DNA of 56,224 bases, the filler included, from Platydemus manokwari (taxonomy: Eukaryota): the NCBI GenBank assembly GCA_037951405.1. It is 5 parts of 5 records of this genome, joined end to end, with 100 filler letters (N's around TTAATTAATTAA, not from the genome) between each part and the next. Parts side by side here need not be neighbours in the genome. Positions count along the whole stretch, not along the records: positions 33,448 to 44,392 come from JBBMOY011031078.1; positions 44,493 to 56,224 come from JBBMOY010496664.1; 3 more parts are not named here. The stretch is one strand, 5' to 3'. Under the pieces are notes generated by a model, which was not told the origin of the DNA, did not search any database, and worked only from the letters and a program-made list of their open reading frames with translations. Below are positions 40,351 to 54,281 of this stretch, one piece after another. The translations under genes were made by a program, and so were the position numbers. Within the stretch, counting starts at the first letter, position 1. Every line of letters starts with the position of its first letter.

Positions 40351-43300
40351 CATTTAATTTCAATGAAAATGTAGAAATCAATTTTAGAAAGATAAGTCTT
40401 CTTTTAAATTTTGATTTCATTTTTATGTAAATAAAACATGTGACCGGAGCTTTCATTTATAGTTATGATTTTGATAAGAGTTGCTGCCAAATCATAAAAT
40501 AAATTTTGGTCCTCCAACACATATCGTCAAAAAAGAAAAAAAGATTATACATGTTATTTCGTAGGGAATTTATGCTAAAATTTATTTATTGATGCAGATA
40601 TTGTAATGGATCAGATAATGCTTCAAGCTGTCAGAATTTTTTCTCTTATGTCATAGCAAACGAAAAGTTAGATGTCAATGTTTACATTTTTTCATTCGTA
40701 ATATATATGTTGGCTCTCACTTCTATCTATATTGAATTAATTTTTTGGACAAGTCCAGTAAACTGAAGCTGGTTTCTATTTTATTTGAGTAGGTTTTACT
40801 TTTTATTTTTCTATTCATCTGCCATTTCTGCGGAGGCTTATTTCCATGCTTGCATTTTATGCGTCGGTGTTTTTCTTATGATTAGTTCTTTTTAATTTTA
40901 TGTGACACAAAAGAATCTGAGCGTTTGTATTTTATCAAATTTCATTTCATTCAGCTTATTTTTGTTTTTTCTGAATTTTATGTTGGTAAAGACCAAACTT
41001 GATATTCTTTAAAATATTATTATAATATGATAACTTGTTTTTTTTCCAATATTTTCCTTTATATGATGTCTTTTTAAAAAAATATAATCATGGTGTCCGT
41101 TAAATAGCAAAAAAATAATTCTATCAATCTTTAACAGCTATTTTTTCAATTATTCATGAAATTGTTTCTGTATTTGTTTATTTTGCTATATAAGGATTTG
41201 AATAAGTTTATTATTTTACTTTGTTTGTTATATACTCACGATTGCATAACCCATTTTTAATTAACAAATTTTATAGATTAATACTTTTCACACATGTGAT
41301 AGTGCTTGAAAAACAATAAGTATCAATATATTGTCGGGGTCAAATATTTGAATTGCATAACTCAATTTAATTTAGATTTTAAAAGTTCAAAGTAAAATAT
41401 AACTTGTCATTGAAATCATTTATCAATGTAATAAAAAATGAAACTGCCTGCAAGCAACTTAATTTTTAAAAGCCGATTCTCAAAACAGACAACATATTAG
41501 TAAAAAATCTCTCTAACCACTTCAATGAAAATATTTATCAATACATTTAGCTTACTTAAAATTGTTTATATTAGTCATACAACAGATATTAGCAAATAAA
41601 ATAATTTCGAATTTTAATGTTAATCATTTCTATTACATGTGATACTCGTTTTGTGAATATTCTATATGCTATAAAATAAATAGAGAATTTTGATAAATAT
41701 TTTGACTTAAATACCTGCACGAGAAAATCGATTAAGAACTGATTACATTTCTAAAATGAAAATTAATGATTTAATCGAAGATCATAAAAAGAATTACAAG
41801 TTTAATATATAAAGTAGAAAATCTCTATGAATGCAATAAAAATTGAGACTGATTCAAAAATTAAGAAGGAAGTTATATAAAATTTATTTAAAAATAAGAA
41901 CTGTTGGAAATCGATTAAGTTAGAGCAATGACGAAAATATAAAAATAAATAGTAATTAGGAGGTAGTGGGTAATTAATAGGATAAAAATTAATAAATTTT
42001 ATAATTTATAGGAAATATATAACAAAATAGAAATACTCATAACATCATCAGAAAAGACATTCATTTATTATCTATTTTAAAAGAGAAGTAAACATGCAAA
42101 AACGCTACGGGTCTGCGTTAAACTCACACTCAAGCCTCAAACGAAAGTAAAACCTGTTTACAGACTCAAATTAATTTCAAGATCAATATTTTCATAATAA
42201 TCAGTCTCTTTGGACAGGAATTTTATTTGAAAGAAGTTATTTGAGTCCAACAAGCTTTAATCTAAGGACACGGAATTCAACACTCGTCCAATTATCTCTC
42301 GAAAGGAAAGTATTCGAATTCATCTCAATGAAAATATAAAATTCATAATAATACATTTTATTATTAAAATTTGTGACGATATCATTTATATATGCAATTT
42401 ACAAAAAATACAGTTTCAACCCTTGCCAAGTTAAGTATAATTTTAACTCAAAGAATTACACAAATTAATAAAATTATCCGTGAGTCCAATACAAGATGGA
42501 CATTTGTTATTGCGACAGGTTTTATTTCGGCAACCTTTTTGGACTGGTATAAGTACTTCTCAGTCCCATCGATAGTGTTTTAAGCCATTCACATTTGTAA
42601 CAACATTTGTATATATTCTGAGTTCGGAACATTAACTAGTGAAGAAAATTGAATGATTTGTAAAATATATTTCCATGGTTATCAGATGCATTATTTATTG
42701 TGCGATATGTATTGATAGCAAGATGACTATAGAACCATTAAAATCAATACAAACCATTTCTGCCTTAACCGAAATAATAAATTCTGTTATATAATTGTTT
42801 GAAATTTTTAATGATTTTTAGAAATGAATTTTATTTATTAAAAGCATATGTAAGATTTTTTCCATTGCTTTACTCATTACTTAAGTCGATACGAGTACAG
42901 TTGGCTGATATCAATCGAGTTGTTTGTATCCTAAATGATTAAACATTTGGAAAAAATTAAGTTTCGAATTTTATTCGAATTAAATTTTGGCGATCAGTGT
43001 AAGCCAAAGACTTAGGCGACCAGTATGTGACTGAAATTGAATAAAGTGGTTCGAAACCACCAGTGAGCTAATTATGGAATCTTGGATTCGAAGGTCTCTG
43101 TTACATTCTTGTGTAGAAAAATCAACAAGGTCGATCTATCGGTAGAATACAGTATGAAATTGCCATGATTCAATCAACAATCATAACCCTTGTAATTAAT
43201 ATAATTATTGTTAACAATGTCACCGACTAATTTCATAAAGCAAAAGTCGTAAATAGTGAATAATTTGGTGTGACGTACATTTATAAAAAATTTCCACGAA

Positions 43301-43642
43301 AACGTTACATGAATTATAGATTTGATGTGATCTCATTGTTCTAATTTATCCCAAATCACTGAACAAATAAATAACATTCCAAATCATAAAATTTTAAAAT
43401 TACATTTATTTAAAAATGTCAACTATTTATGTTTCCATAGAAACATGATACGGGATAATATTCAAAAACCAAAACCAATTAAAAAATTTGTATTATTGAA
43501 CACAAAAGTATCATAAAACTTAAAATTAGAATTCTATAATAAAAATCATTGTAAATAATTAAGATTTAAAAGCAATCTCAAACATTAAACTTGACATAAT
43601 GAAACTTAATCAAGTTCATATAATGCTAAAATGAAATGGATT

Positions 43643-44184
43643 TCAATCTTTTTTAACTAAATCTAAGGTGAAGCCATTTTTAGGTCGCTGATGTGGCATT
43701 ACATAAAAATTTCCAAAAATTCCATCATAATATTCTTCAATGTACGGATAATTCAAAAATTCTGGTTTGAAATCAGTCAATAAATAAACCCAACATTTTA
43801 TTTCATCGTTTTGTTCATCATTTATTTTCAATACCGGGCATATTTTTCGTTCATAATGTAATGGGTGGTCTTCGAGCTCATCTAATGTCACCAACGATTT
43901 ATCGTTTGGGAAATAATAAATTTCTCCTATGACATTCTAAACTAAATAACCAAATATCATTAAATTCAATTTCAATATTAGATTACATGACCGAATTCTG
44001 ATGTATCCAATATATGAGGTATATTAAATTGAGTAGCAATAATCAATGGGTGTTTTTCTTTAAGTATTCCTTTACCAATAAATGACAATACGTTTTTGTT
44101 TAGTAGATTATCAATTAAATAATGATTTGGCTGACCACTTTTCAGTGTTCCATAGACAAAAATATAATGACTTAATGAAGCCAT
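43643..44184 (-). CDS. GGACT: Gamma-glutamylamine cyclotransferase (GGACT / AIG2-like)
   Basis: Exons 44184-43987 and 43936-43643 separated by a 50-nt GT-AG intron, 163 aa. Motifs IFVYGTLKSGQPNH, HPLIIATQFNIP, GHNVIGEIY, LDELEDHP (catalytic Glu position), YER and CWVY. Confidence 0.93.
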
Positions 44185-44392
44185 AAATAATGATGTTAAA
44201 TACAATGCAGATACAACAAGCAGAGAAAATAAAATAAATTTAGAATTGATAGATTTAAAGTAGTTAACTTATTTATTTTATTTAAAGAGTGAATAAAAAT
44301 AAATTCATTTAATTAATCTTAAATTTTTGTCTATACTACAAACAATTAATTTAATGAAAATAATTAGAAAAAACTGAAAGAAAATACAAAAT

Positions 44393-44492
44393 NNNNNNNN
44401 NNNNNNNNNNNNNNNNNNNNNNNNNNNNNNNNNNNNTTAATTAATTAANNNNNNNNNNNNNNNNNNNNNNNNNNNNNNNNNNNNNNNNNNNN
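44393..44492. other. Artificial contig-join spacer
   Basis: N44-TTAATTAATTAA-N44. Confidence 0.95.
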
Positions 44493-47400
44493 GTATAAAT
44501 TGCTTTGTTTTAATGCTCTGATTTCATTTTGATTTCTAATTTCGCATTATATAAGTGATTTTTTCATCATGTTTCAATAATATTAAAAAGATTTTAATAA
44601 AGACATCATTTTTTTCATTATATTTTATAAATATATTTTACTACAGTTATACTATAGTTCCATTTGTGATTTATTGCTTTACCAAAAAGAATATCAAATG
44701 AAAATATGATGTTTATGTTTAAAAACATAATATTCTCTCTGAAACCCCCCAGGGCAAATTATAAATATTCAGACGGGAAATATTGGAATATTTAATAATC
44801 AATATCAACTATCTTATCTCGCTCTCTTTAATCGGCTTGCAATTCGAAATAAGGAATAACAAAGAATAATCAAGAGTCAATATTGAATAAAATATAATTG
44901 CATTATTATTATTACAAGTCTGTTGAGCTCGATCAATATATCGTTGTTTAATATCAGCCCAATCAATTTACTATTTAATATCGATTATTAGTAATTTATT
45001 TCATTTGATATCACTAGAACAATTAAAAAATTTGTAAAATAATATTTTGATTTCATTTTTACAAATCTGGTTAAATTTGATTGATTGGTTTGATAGTTGA
45101 GGTTGATTATCAGTTCGAGTTCGATTGTGTCAAAAACCACTAATTGTTATCAGTTGTGGGTATTTAAATGATATTTAAATGAAATAAAAATTAAAATGGG
45201 AAATATGTTGATATAAAAAAGTATATTGATTAAATATACTTTGGTGGTTGAATTTCTTAAGTTCTTTTTCATTAAATATTTTATTCAAAAAACGCTCTAG
45301 AAGATGAATAATGCTCGAAGTAATTAGCCCTATTTTGATTTTAGTTACTGAATTAACATTTTTTAAATAAAATAAGTTATTATGACATCAGAAAGTTTTT
45401 TTAAAGAGTATTGATATTGAAATTTAAATTGAAGCCAAATAATATCATATATTGATGAAAAGAAAATTTTTAAATATAAAAATTAAAATGCGATTTCTAT
45501 GGCTTATTTTTACATAATTCCTTTCATGTAGAATGTGTATTTGTTGTGCTTCTGTTTCATTTTAATTATATCAATGATTTGTGATTGGTTGAAATATGTA
45601 ATTCAGTGGTTACAAAAAGGTAAAAATCGATTTTCTGAAAATATTTGAATCTGTAATTGTGAAAGATCTCTTTCAATTGAATAATATTTTTCTGTTTGTA
45701 TTAATAAAATATTAGATAGACGTAAATGATTTACAACTTTCCAAGATAATCTATAATTTATTGAGTGTTGAAAATAGATTTTTCATGGACCATGTTGTAG
45801 ATATTTTATAGACTTTCTACAATTTTTAACGGAAACAGGTGTTTTTCTACGAAGTAAATGGGTTGATTTTAAAAGCAATATTTCTTATTAATTCAATAAA
45901 TCGATTATTGTTGAAATGAAATTATAATAATATAGATCCGTCATAAAATAAATCAATTTTCACATTATAGATAATAATCGATTTTCTTATTCCTGTAATA
46001 AAATGATTAAGGAAGTCAGTGGATCACTGGAATTCGATCAAAATCAGAGCTAATAATTAAAAGTTAAAACCCGAGAAATATTTATCTCCTAAAATCACAA
46101 TGATTTTCATTTTAATTGGTTATTCGTTAGTTGTAAATTATTTGATTTATCTCATTTATTACTAGCTGTTTTATCAGTATTTTTCGTTCGGTCTATAGAT
46201 CGGTCTATATAAAAGAGTTGTTCAATCATTTTAATTTCGTGGATAACCTTAGATTTCATATATGGGTGGTTCAAAAGAAAGTTGAAATCTGTATTTTACT
46301 AACGCGTACTAATCAGTACGATTACAAACGTCTCTAAATCTTGACAAAAAATTTCATAATTAATATAAAACACATCGCAAAATCTGCCTTCCAATCGGCA
46401 GTAGGGCATCTTTAGATCAGCATTTATACTTGAGAATTTTGTGTAATTTTCGTATCACGTTTTGATCTTTTATTTCTCAAGTTCCAATTGGATTGTTCCA
46501 ATTGTTACTATGTGACTATGTTTCTTTTTCGAATTATAATTTTCTATTTAAGTTATCTGTGATTGGTTGGTTGTGTAGGCATGCAAATACTTAACGTGCT
46601 AAAGGCCAAAATCATTTTTTTTATGTGAGATTTCATCTTTACTCAACATATAAAAGGGTAACACAAATGAATGGCCCTCAAAACGTTCAAGGAGTTACTA
46701 TTCACTGTTTTTTCGTGACAGATGTCAACGGTGAAAAATATCTACCCATACTTTTTAAAGTGCTTCGAGACGTTGTAGGATGCAATAGTGTATGATGGAG
46801 CACCTTCGCATTTGAATAATAACTTTCTAAACCATTGAATTTGTCAAACATGAAATTTTTTGGGATGACTTCTGAGATCACCAGACTTAAAACCATTTTA
46901 TCTCTTTTTGGGGTCATGTAAAAGGAGTAGATGTTTGAGAATCATCCTTTGATGAACTTGAAAATAGAAAATCGAATAGATTCACAGCGTGAATTTGATG
47001 AAATTATGTTCAGAAGAGTATGTTGTCCGGTTTTTCCAAAGTGAATTCGGCTTTATATTAATAAAAATGATGAGCATTTTGAAAATAAATAATCACGGCA
47101 TGGTTTCACTAAGAGGCACATTGTATAATTTAACAACAATTATAATAATAACTCAATGGTATAATTTAATATGATATGATTATTATTAACTACCTAAAAT
47201 TATAAATTTACGTCTAAAAAACAAAACGATAATCATTAGCCTAGAATTTATTAAATATTTTATGCACGACTACTTTGAGAAAATTATTCTGTAACCGTTA
47301 ACCGATTTTACGTTTCAAATTTTCTGTCATTATTGGCATTGTGATTTTTTAGAATCTAATAAGTGATTTATTTAATATTTGGAAATATTCTAGCAATGTA

Positions 47401-47640
47401 TTTGTATTTTGACCTGAGGATAACTATTTCGATGACATCTAATTATACATTAAAATCAGAAATCGTATTATTTAATCTTTTTTCTAAGAAGATTTAACAA
47501 CAAGATCATGGGTGGAATTGTTTCCATGGTTTTATAAAACTGCAAATAAGAAATTATTTGAGTTTAAAATCTTTTTGAAATATCGATTGTTAGCTGTTAC
47601 TGTTACATAAAATACGTATTAAAAACGAATTAAATAGTTG

Positions 47641-48150
47641 AAATCAAAAACTATATGTAACCATAATATTTAAACAAATTATTTGAGAGGCAACTTTTCA
47701 TCAGGAAAATATAAAATACATTATTCAGACACGGATATGTTGTTTATAGAGTTTATATTGGATGACAATAAAACTTTACATGAAATTTTATTTGAAATTA
47801 AAGAATTTATACGTGAAGAAATATTTCAATTTAAAGATGAAAGATCTAATGAAACAATAAAGAGATGTAATTTTATAAAATCAAAACTAAAAAGTATCAT
47901 TACAGATAAAACTGAGAAATGAAGAAAATGGTTATAAAGGAATAAAGGGGATAAATTCATATAATGATATTTGTGAGGATAATTTTAAAAATGTAATTTA
48001 TAATAATTTAATTATACAATATATTAATAAAGGATTTAATATTGATAAACATAAAATACATTATTATAAACAAGAAAAAAGATGAAATTTCTCCATTTGA
48101 TGATAAAAAAATATGTTTTTAGAAGTCGGAATACATACATTACATTGGGA
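47641..48150 (+). pseudogene. Decayed protein-primed family-B DNA polymerase C-terminus (Polinton/Maverick/adintovirus-like)
   Basis: Collinear motifs: KIHYSDTDMLFI (YxDTDS), FKDE, KGIK, GFNIDKHKI, ISPFDDKKY (LSPFDDKRY) and GIHTLHW, interrupted by stops and frameshifts. Confidence 0.75.
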
Positions 48151-48231
48151 AAATATTCAAATGAAACGGAATTTAAAATTAATAATACTATAAAAAGTAC
48201 ATTTTCAGCATTATATTAACAAATTCATCTT

Positions 48232-48772
48232 TGTCTTCTTTAGTGGAAGGCAAAAAGGCTAACAGCTTTGTCATGTTTTGAATTTGTTAAATAATTATTG
48301 CAATGATTGTGACAATACGGACTATTTTTAAATAAAATTTTGTTCTGTTCATTGTTATTGGTTAAAATTTTATTTAAATTATTAATATAGGTTAAAAATT
48401 TTGAATTTTTAAAATTCTTTTAATTTTAAATAAATTTGAAATTTTTTAAATTTTAATTGAATTTTAAATTTTTAAAGAATTCTGGTATTGTATTAGCAAA
48501 TTTAATTTTGACTTCTTCAGTGGAAGGCAAAAGGGCTAACAGCTTTGTCATGTTTTGAATTTTTTTAATAATTACTGCAATCATTGTGACAATAAGGACT
48601 ATTTTAAAATAAAATTTCGTTCTTTTCATTTTTATTGGTTAAAATTGTATTTAAATTTTAATAAATGATTAAAAATTTTGAATTTTTAAATTTTGATTTA
48701 ATGCAAATTTTTTAGGGAATTGTAGCATTGTAATGGAAGACGAAAAAGCTAACAGCTCTGTTATGTTTTGTA
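48232..48772. repeat. Imperfect tandem repeat (two units of about 277 bp plus a partial third)
   Basis: GTGGAAGGCAAAA.GGCTAACAGCTTTGTCATGTTTTGAAT at 48243 and 48520; diverged ATGGAAGACGAAAAAGCTAACAGCTCTGTTATGTTTTG at 48733. Confidence 0.9.
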
Positions 48773-51700
48773 TTTAGTGATCTATGAAAGTCTTCGATGA
48801 AACTCAACAATACAATACAATGACATCTTAGCAATACATTAAGAAAAGAACATTAGAAACATGTTCAACAATTACAGTGCACACTAAAAGAATATACTAG
48901 AAATACAATCTCCGATCATGATCATTGAATACTGAATTTCTTTCAATATATTGTAAATGGCCAACTTCCATTCTCTGATGAATTGAGGACTTGGAATCCC
49001 TTCACTTTCCAGCTCAAGCACACATCGAAGCCTAACCAAAAGTCTTTGTTCGGAACCCTATTTCGATGTCAACAGTGCGATCAAGTGATCTTTGAAATTC
49101 TTCGATAAACTACAACAAACCTGTCGTCAATTTACAAATAAGTCAAAGTCAATCAACCAAAACCAACTGATTTCCATCAGCTCATTCGTCGACAACATCA
49201 ACGTCATCATCAATTCATCTCACCAAAAATTCAGAAAATCAAAAAATTAGCAGGCAATTCCCAATATTCGGTACTGCCGTTACAATGGATTGCAGATAGA
49301 TTTCTGGTCCAGTATCAGGAATAACAGTAGAAAAGCGAAATAAATCAATTTTATTAGGTCGACATAACGTTTTTCCCACTATGTCGTGAAGACCTTGTTT
49401 ATGTGAAATAAATATTGATTATTTTTATTTACACATGTTGCATAATGTGCACCTCAGTTTCTGTACTATTATTAAATATCAAATCTTTAAAGGCCTTACA
49501 ACAAAATATATTAATGAAAGAAAATGTTACGCATGTTTCAAAATTTGGACAATTAACTAAAAACGTCTTTTACCTGAAGAGAAAACCTATCAAAAATTAT
49601 ATCTAACATTAAAAATAGACTACTGAAAAAATATTCTGAACTATTTACCAAACACAATTGACAAAAAATTTAGCAACATACCTAAGGTGGTAATGAATTG
49701 AAAATTTTTTTGTGTTTTTGGATATTTTTAATCATTGAAAAATCATATGTTTAATAAAAGAAAAGGCAATTATCACATTTTGTTGAAATGTCATATTAAA
49801 AATTATATATGACAAATATAAGGAATTTTAAATTTTATTTATTAAAAATGATCGACTTTGATATAGATAAAGGAATAATCGAATTAAGAAAAACTATTGC
49901 TTTAAAGAGTAGAAAAAAACAATGAAAAAAAAATAAAAAGAATATTTTAAAAATATTGATAAATCTAAGTATTTCAGAAACCTTTGTAAGAAAATCAAAA
50001 TTCAACTTCATCGGTTGTGCAAAAGCAAAAATTGGCAATAGAAGGAAATAAAAATTTGAAAGCTTTTGGAAACAAGCAAGAAAAAATAAATAAATTTGTT
50101 GAATCTAGAGATATTGAATTAATGAAATGATTTTAGAAAATCAGGTAAAACCAGAATATATTGAACGAGAAATGTTGAGCCCCCAATTAATGTAAATTCT
50201 ATTACATCAACATTAGAAATAAAAAATTTAAATATCAAGTATTTTCAAATAAAATAATATTTTGGTTTCAAAATCAGGTCAAAATGATTTTGTATTTGGC
50301 GTTGATGGATCCAAATTAGAAGTTTTTTCATAAATAATTCAGTGGATCGAAATGAGGAATTTAAAACTTATTTTAAAATGTTGATAAAACAAAAGTAGCA
50401 AATCAGCCTGGTTTTAAAAATTATAAACATATTAACTAAAAACAAAATTTATAAAAAGATATGAAATTTTTTTTTAAATTAGAGATAAATCTCGAACGCC
50501 AAGAAAGGTTTTTAAAAACCAAGAGTTATCTTATGAGTTAGGAAAATAAATAGCACCTAAGAAAAGAAGAATTTATAATTGAATACATAGTATTTTAATA
50601 AAATTATATAAATTAAGCTATAAATAAAGAAACAAAAAATAAATCCTCATAAAATATTTTGATTAAAATTTTTATAGAAAATGAACGAAACTCTTTCGGT
50701 GGGCAAATTGGATCGAAATAATTACAAATTTAGGCATGGAATTAAAAAAAGAAGATTTGTGTATTTTAAATGCATCACCAAGTTCAGTAATAAGTTTTAT
50801 TGAATCCGAAGATATTACTTTTAAAGCTTAGCAAACATAAAATCCTGTAGTTTCTAGTATATATGGTAGTTTATTCACATTTATTTATATTTTCTTTCTG
50901 TTTCAGAATATCCAGATCACGGCAGCTACTTTAATTAGTTTAATTAATCTTGTAATTAAGTAACTAAATTCGTTAAAAGTATTATCAAATTTATGTAGAT
51001 CACTCTAATTTTATCCAGTCAGTATTACAAATGAGATACAAGATCCAATTTGGATGAAAAGTAAATAAATAAAACTTAAAATAAAAATCACATTGACTCA
51101 ATTGACCAATGAAAAATTATGTTATATTATTGGAATAATATATTGATTTTCATACGGTATATAGCGTAATAATCAAATTTAAACATTACCAAAAATAAAC
51201 TGTTTGAAAAATGATTCAAGCCATTGAAGACTTTCTCTGATCACTTAAGCGATATGATCAGGATTTACTAATGTCGTATTGAATAGAATGGGCGTTATTT
51301 ATTGTACATACGTTGGGAGTCTCACTCAAGTCTACAATTACATTCAACCTGTAGTACACTACGTTCACATTCAACCCAAGCTTACATTTAATCCTGTACT
51401 TACATGCAACTCTGTACATACCACAAATACACGTATATAGCACAATGCCTTTGACCAATCCAATTCAATCCAGAATTAGAACCGACCCAAATCCCAATTA
51501 CAAAACGTTGCTGCAAAAACATTATATAACAATTTAATGGCTGACAATCCTTGTGTTTTATGAGAATAATTATGAATTATGCCTTATGACGATTAATTGT
51601 TTTATGTTTTATATTGGAATAACTAGAAGCGGGTGGAGAAAGTTTGGCAGATTTTAAGAAAAATAAAATAGTGGCATAGTGAATAATGATAAGTGCAATG

Positions 51701-53993
51701 ATTTGTTAAAATCGTAATAATATAATAATAGAAATAAATATAATATGCTGGAATCACATTAAATTATATATTAAAAAAATTGAAAAATAAACTAACCGAA
51801 TAAAATATAACATTACCATACAAGTATGATAAAAAATATTTATAAAAAAGTTACAATAAAACAAAAATCAAATAATAAAAATGTATATGATAATAATAAA
51901 GCATATCAAAAATAAGAATATGCAAATAAAAGGTGGAGGTGCTACCAAAAATAGATGTGCGGGGACGGCACAGCGAGGTAAAAATACCGAGCTGAAATCA
52001 GTACCGACCACTCATTATTACAGTGAATAGTGAAGCTGTATCAAGACTATTAACATGATCGCAGAATTCGAATCGATATCATAGTGAACATGTCATTGCA
52101 GAAAACTTACCCAGACCAGTTTAATTAAGATAGTCATCGTCAACTGGAGTATACTGTCACACGCAGGAATTTTGCATCGAAAAGGGAATTTGTCTGACAC
52201 TGTTTATAACACTGAGCGGACATAGTCAACCAGTTCTCATCACTCTTAAATTTATCTCATCTAGGGTATTCATCACCTTAGCTTCATCAAAATCTTTAGA
52301 TAACGACAGTAATTGTTTATCAGATAACGCGGTCACCATACCGTTATTGAAGTCCCTTAATAGCCAGAATAGGAAATTATTTAATACATAGATTAAATTA
52401 CATTTTCGTAAGATTTGATTGAACTTTGATGAATTTTCGGTAAGACTTTATTTAACTTAAGTTCAAGTAATTGAATTATATTGATCCAAAGAAATTAAAT
52501 AAATGCACTAAACTAATGCACTAATAATATTTATTATCTCAGTGTTTAAGCATTTGGTTCTTAGATTTGAGGAACCAATAGACACTTTTCTATTGCTCCA
52601 CATATGAGATCTTAACTTAGAAGTAATTGCGAGAATAATTTTCGAGCAGTGGAAATAAGTTAACCCAATCAATAAGTATAAACAAATTCTTTGTAATTAA
52701 CGGTAATATAAAGCTATTAATTTACAGTAAAAGCAGTAGTCATTGGATTATAACATAGAATGCATAAAATATTCATTTAAAATCAAAATGAACAAACACC
52801 ACAAATAGATTTTCTTGAGAAATTTCATAAAAAATTCAAATATAGTTCAAATATATTAAAGGAAAATTAGAGAAATGCAACCCGTAAACTTTCGTTTTGT
52901 AAGTTAATTTGAATTTAAACACAATCAATGTATATGTTGCAGAGCTTGATCAACGATATCATCTAAATCTCAACTGCATTCAGTGCCTTCAACGATATGG
53001 ATAACATCTAAATCCAAACGATGTCTTCAGTGTCTCAATTGCCTCGGCAAGCGAGATAATCTTTTCAATTCCATTCTTCAGTCTACGAGAAGTTAGGATC
53101 CCAGTCTCAATATCAGTCCACCTATCACTGCTACGAAAGCGCCAATCCAAGTGTAAAGTAGACATTGAGAATAAAACCTTTGATCTAACTTTGATTTTTG
53201 TGATCATCTTTGCATGAAATGTATGCAATTTATTTTAGAATATGTCAAAAATTTATTGGATAATTATTTTAAAAATCTATAACGGACAAAATTATATCTT
53301 TGAGAATAATAATAATGAATAAAATTATAATAAAATTAAAAAATGTGGATGAATTATAAATAATAAATAAAATAAATTATAAATAAATAAATGTAGGCGA
53401 AATATAAATTAATTAAAATGTGGACGTAATCAAATTATTGAAATAAATAAATTTAAATTATTAATTTAGGTTGATTTATAAAATACTTTAAAAATTCATT
53501 AGAAAAAAATAATAAAGAAAATAATCCGTAACAATCCGTAATAGAAAACAGTCCATAAGCCGTACGAAATCCGAAAAATTTGCTCACACAAAAATATATT
53601 TCTAACGGTCATATAACTGATAGAAAAAAGCTCTTAAAAGAAAAAAGAATCTATTACTGAAAGAAATAACGTTGAAAAAATAAGCATGAATTCAAAATAA
53701 TAATGATAATAATAGTCATTGAAAGAAGTCTGCCTATATTTTAAAATCTATAATATCCAAAATCTACATTTTCAACATAAAGGATGTTCGTTATCACAGC
53801 TTAACATCAACATATTAATAAATTGCTCCCAGAAACAATGAAATGGAAATAATTCTCATGGATTGTGATAAAATTCTAAAATCAATTAAAATAAATAAAA
53901 AATAATGTCAACAAATTATGATTTATTCCATTCAAAAATAAATAAATAAATATGAAAATTGCCAAAACCTTAATATTGAAAGACAAAATCAGT

Positions 53994-54281
53994 TTATATC
54001 GAATCAAATGTTTCGCGTAAATCTTTTTTGAATTTAACCGTTATTTTCGAAGATGTATTTACCCATTCTTCATTAACTGGAATTGTGAGAAGTCCTTCGA
54101 CTTCTTCTTGAGATAGTTCCGGTTCTGTAAACCAATGTACTAAGAGACTCTTATCAAAACCTATTCTTTGCTCGGATAAAACCTAAATTTACAATCATGT
54201 AATTGTGAAAATATTTACGAATGGCAAGTGGGGATGATTAAAAATAATCCTGGATAAAGATAAGCCTCTAAAGCTCCTCAT
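53994..54281 (-). CDS. Unknown protein (two-exon 83-aa model, or the 3' end of a larger gene or pseudogene)
   Basis: Exons 54281-54219 and 54182-53994 with a 36-nt GTAAAT...TTTAG intron give MRSFRGLSLSRIIFNHPHLPF|VLSEQRIGFDKSLLVHWFTEPELSQEEVEGLLTIPVNEEWVNTSSKITVKFKKDLRETFDSI*. The composition looks protein-like; no family recognised. Confidence 0.4.

Noticed and set aside
46702-46917. Minus ORF weakly like an integrase core
   Set aside because: No intact DDE motifs; the similarity is only impressionistic.
48232-48772. CRISPR-like repeat/spacer appearance
   Set aside because: The units are about 277 bp and similar along their whole length, with no unique spacers and no cas genes; the context is eukaryotic.
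52989-53228. Minus ORF with IEKIISLAEAIET (gag-like helix)
   Set aside because: A single weak motif with no splice or LTR support.
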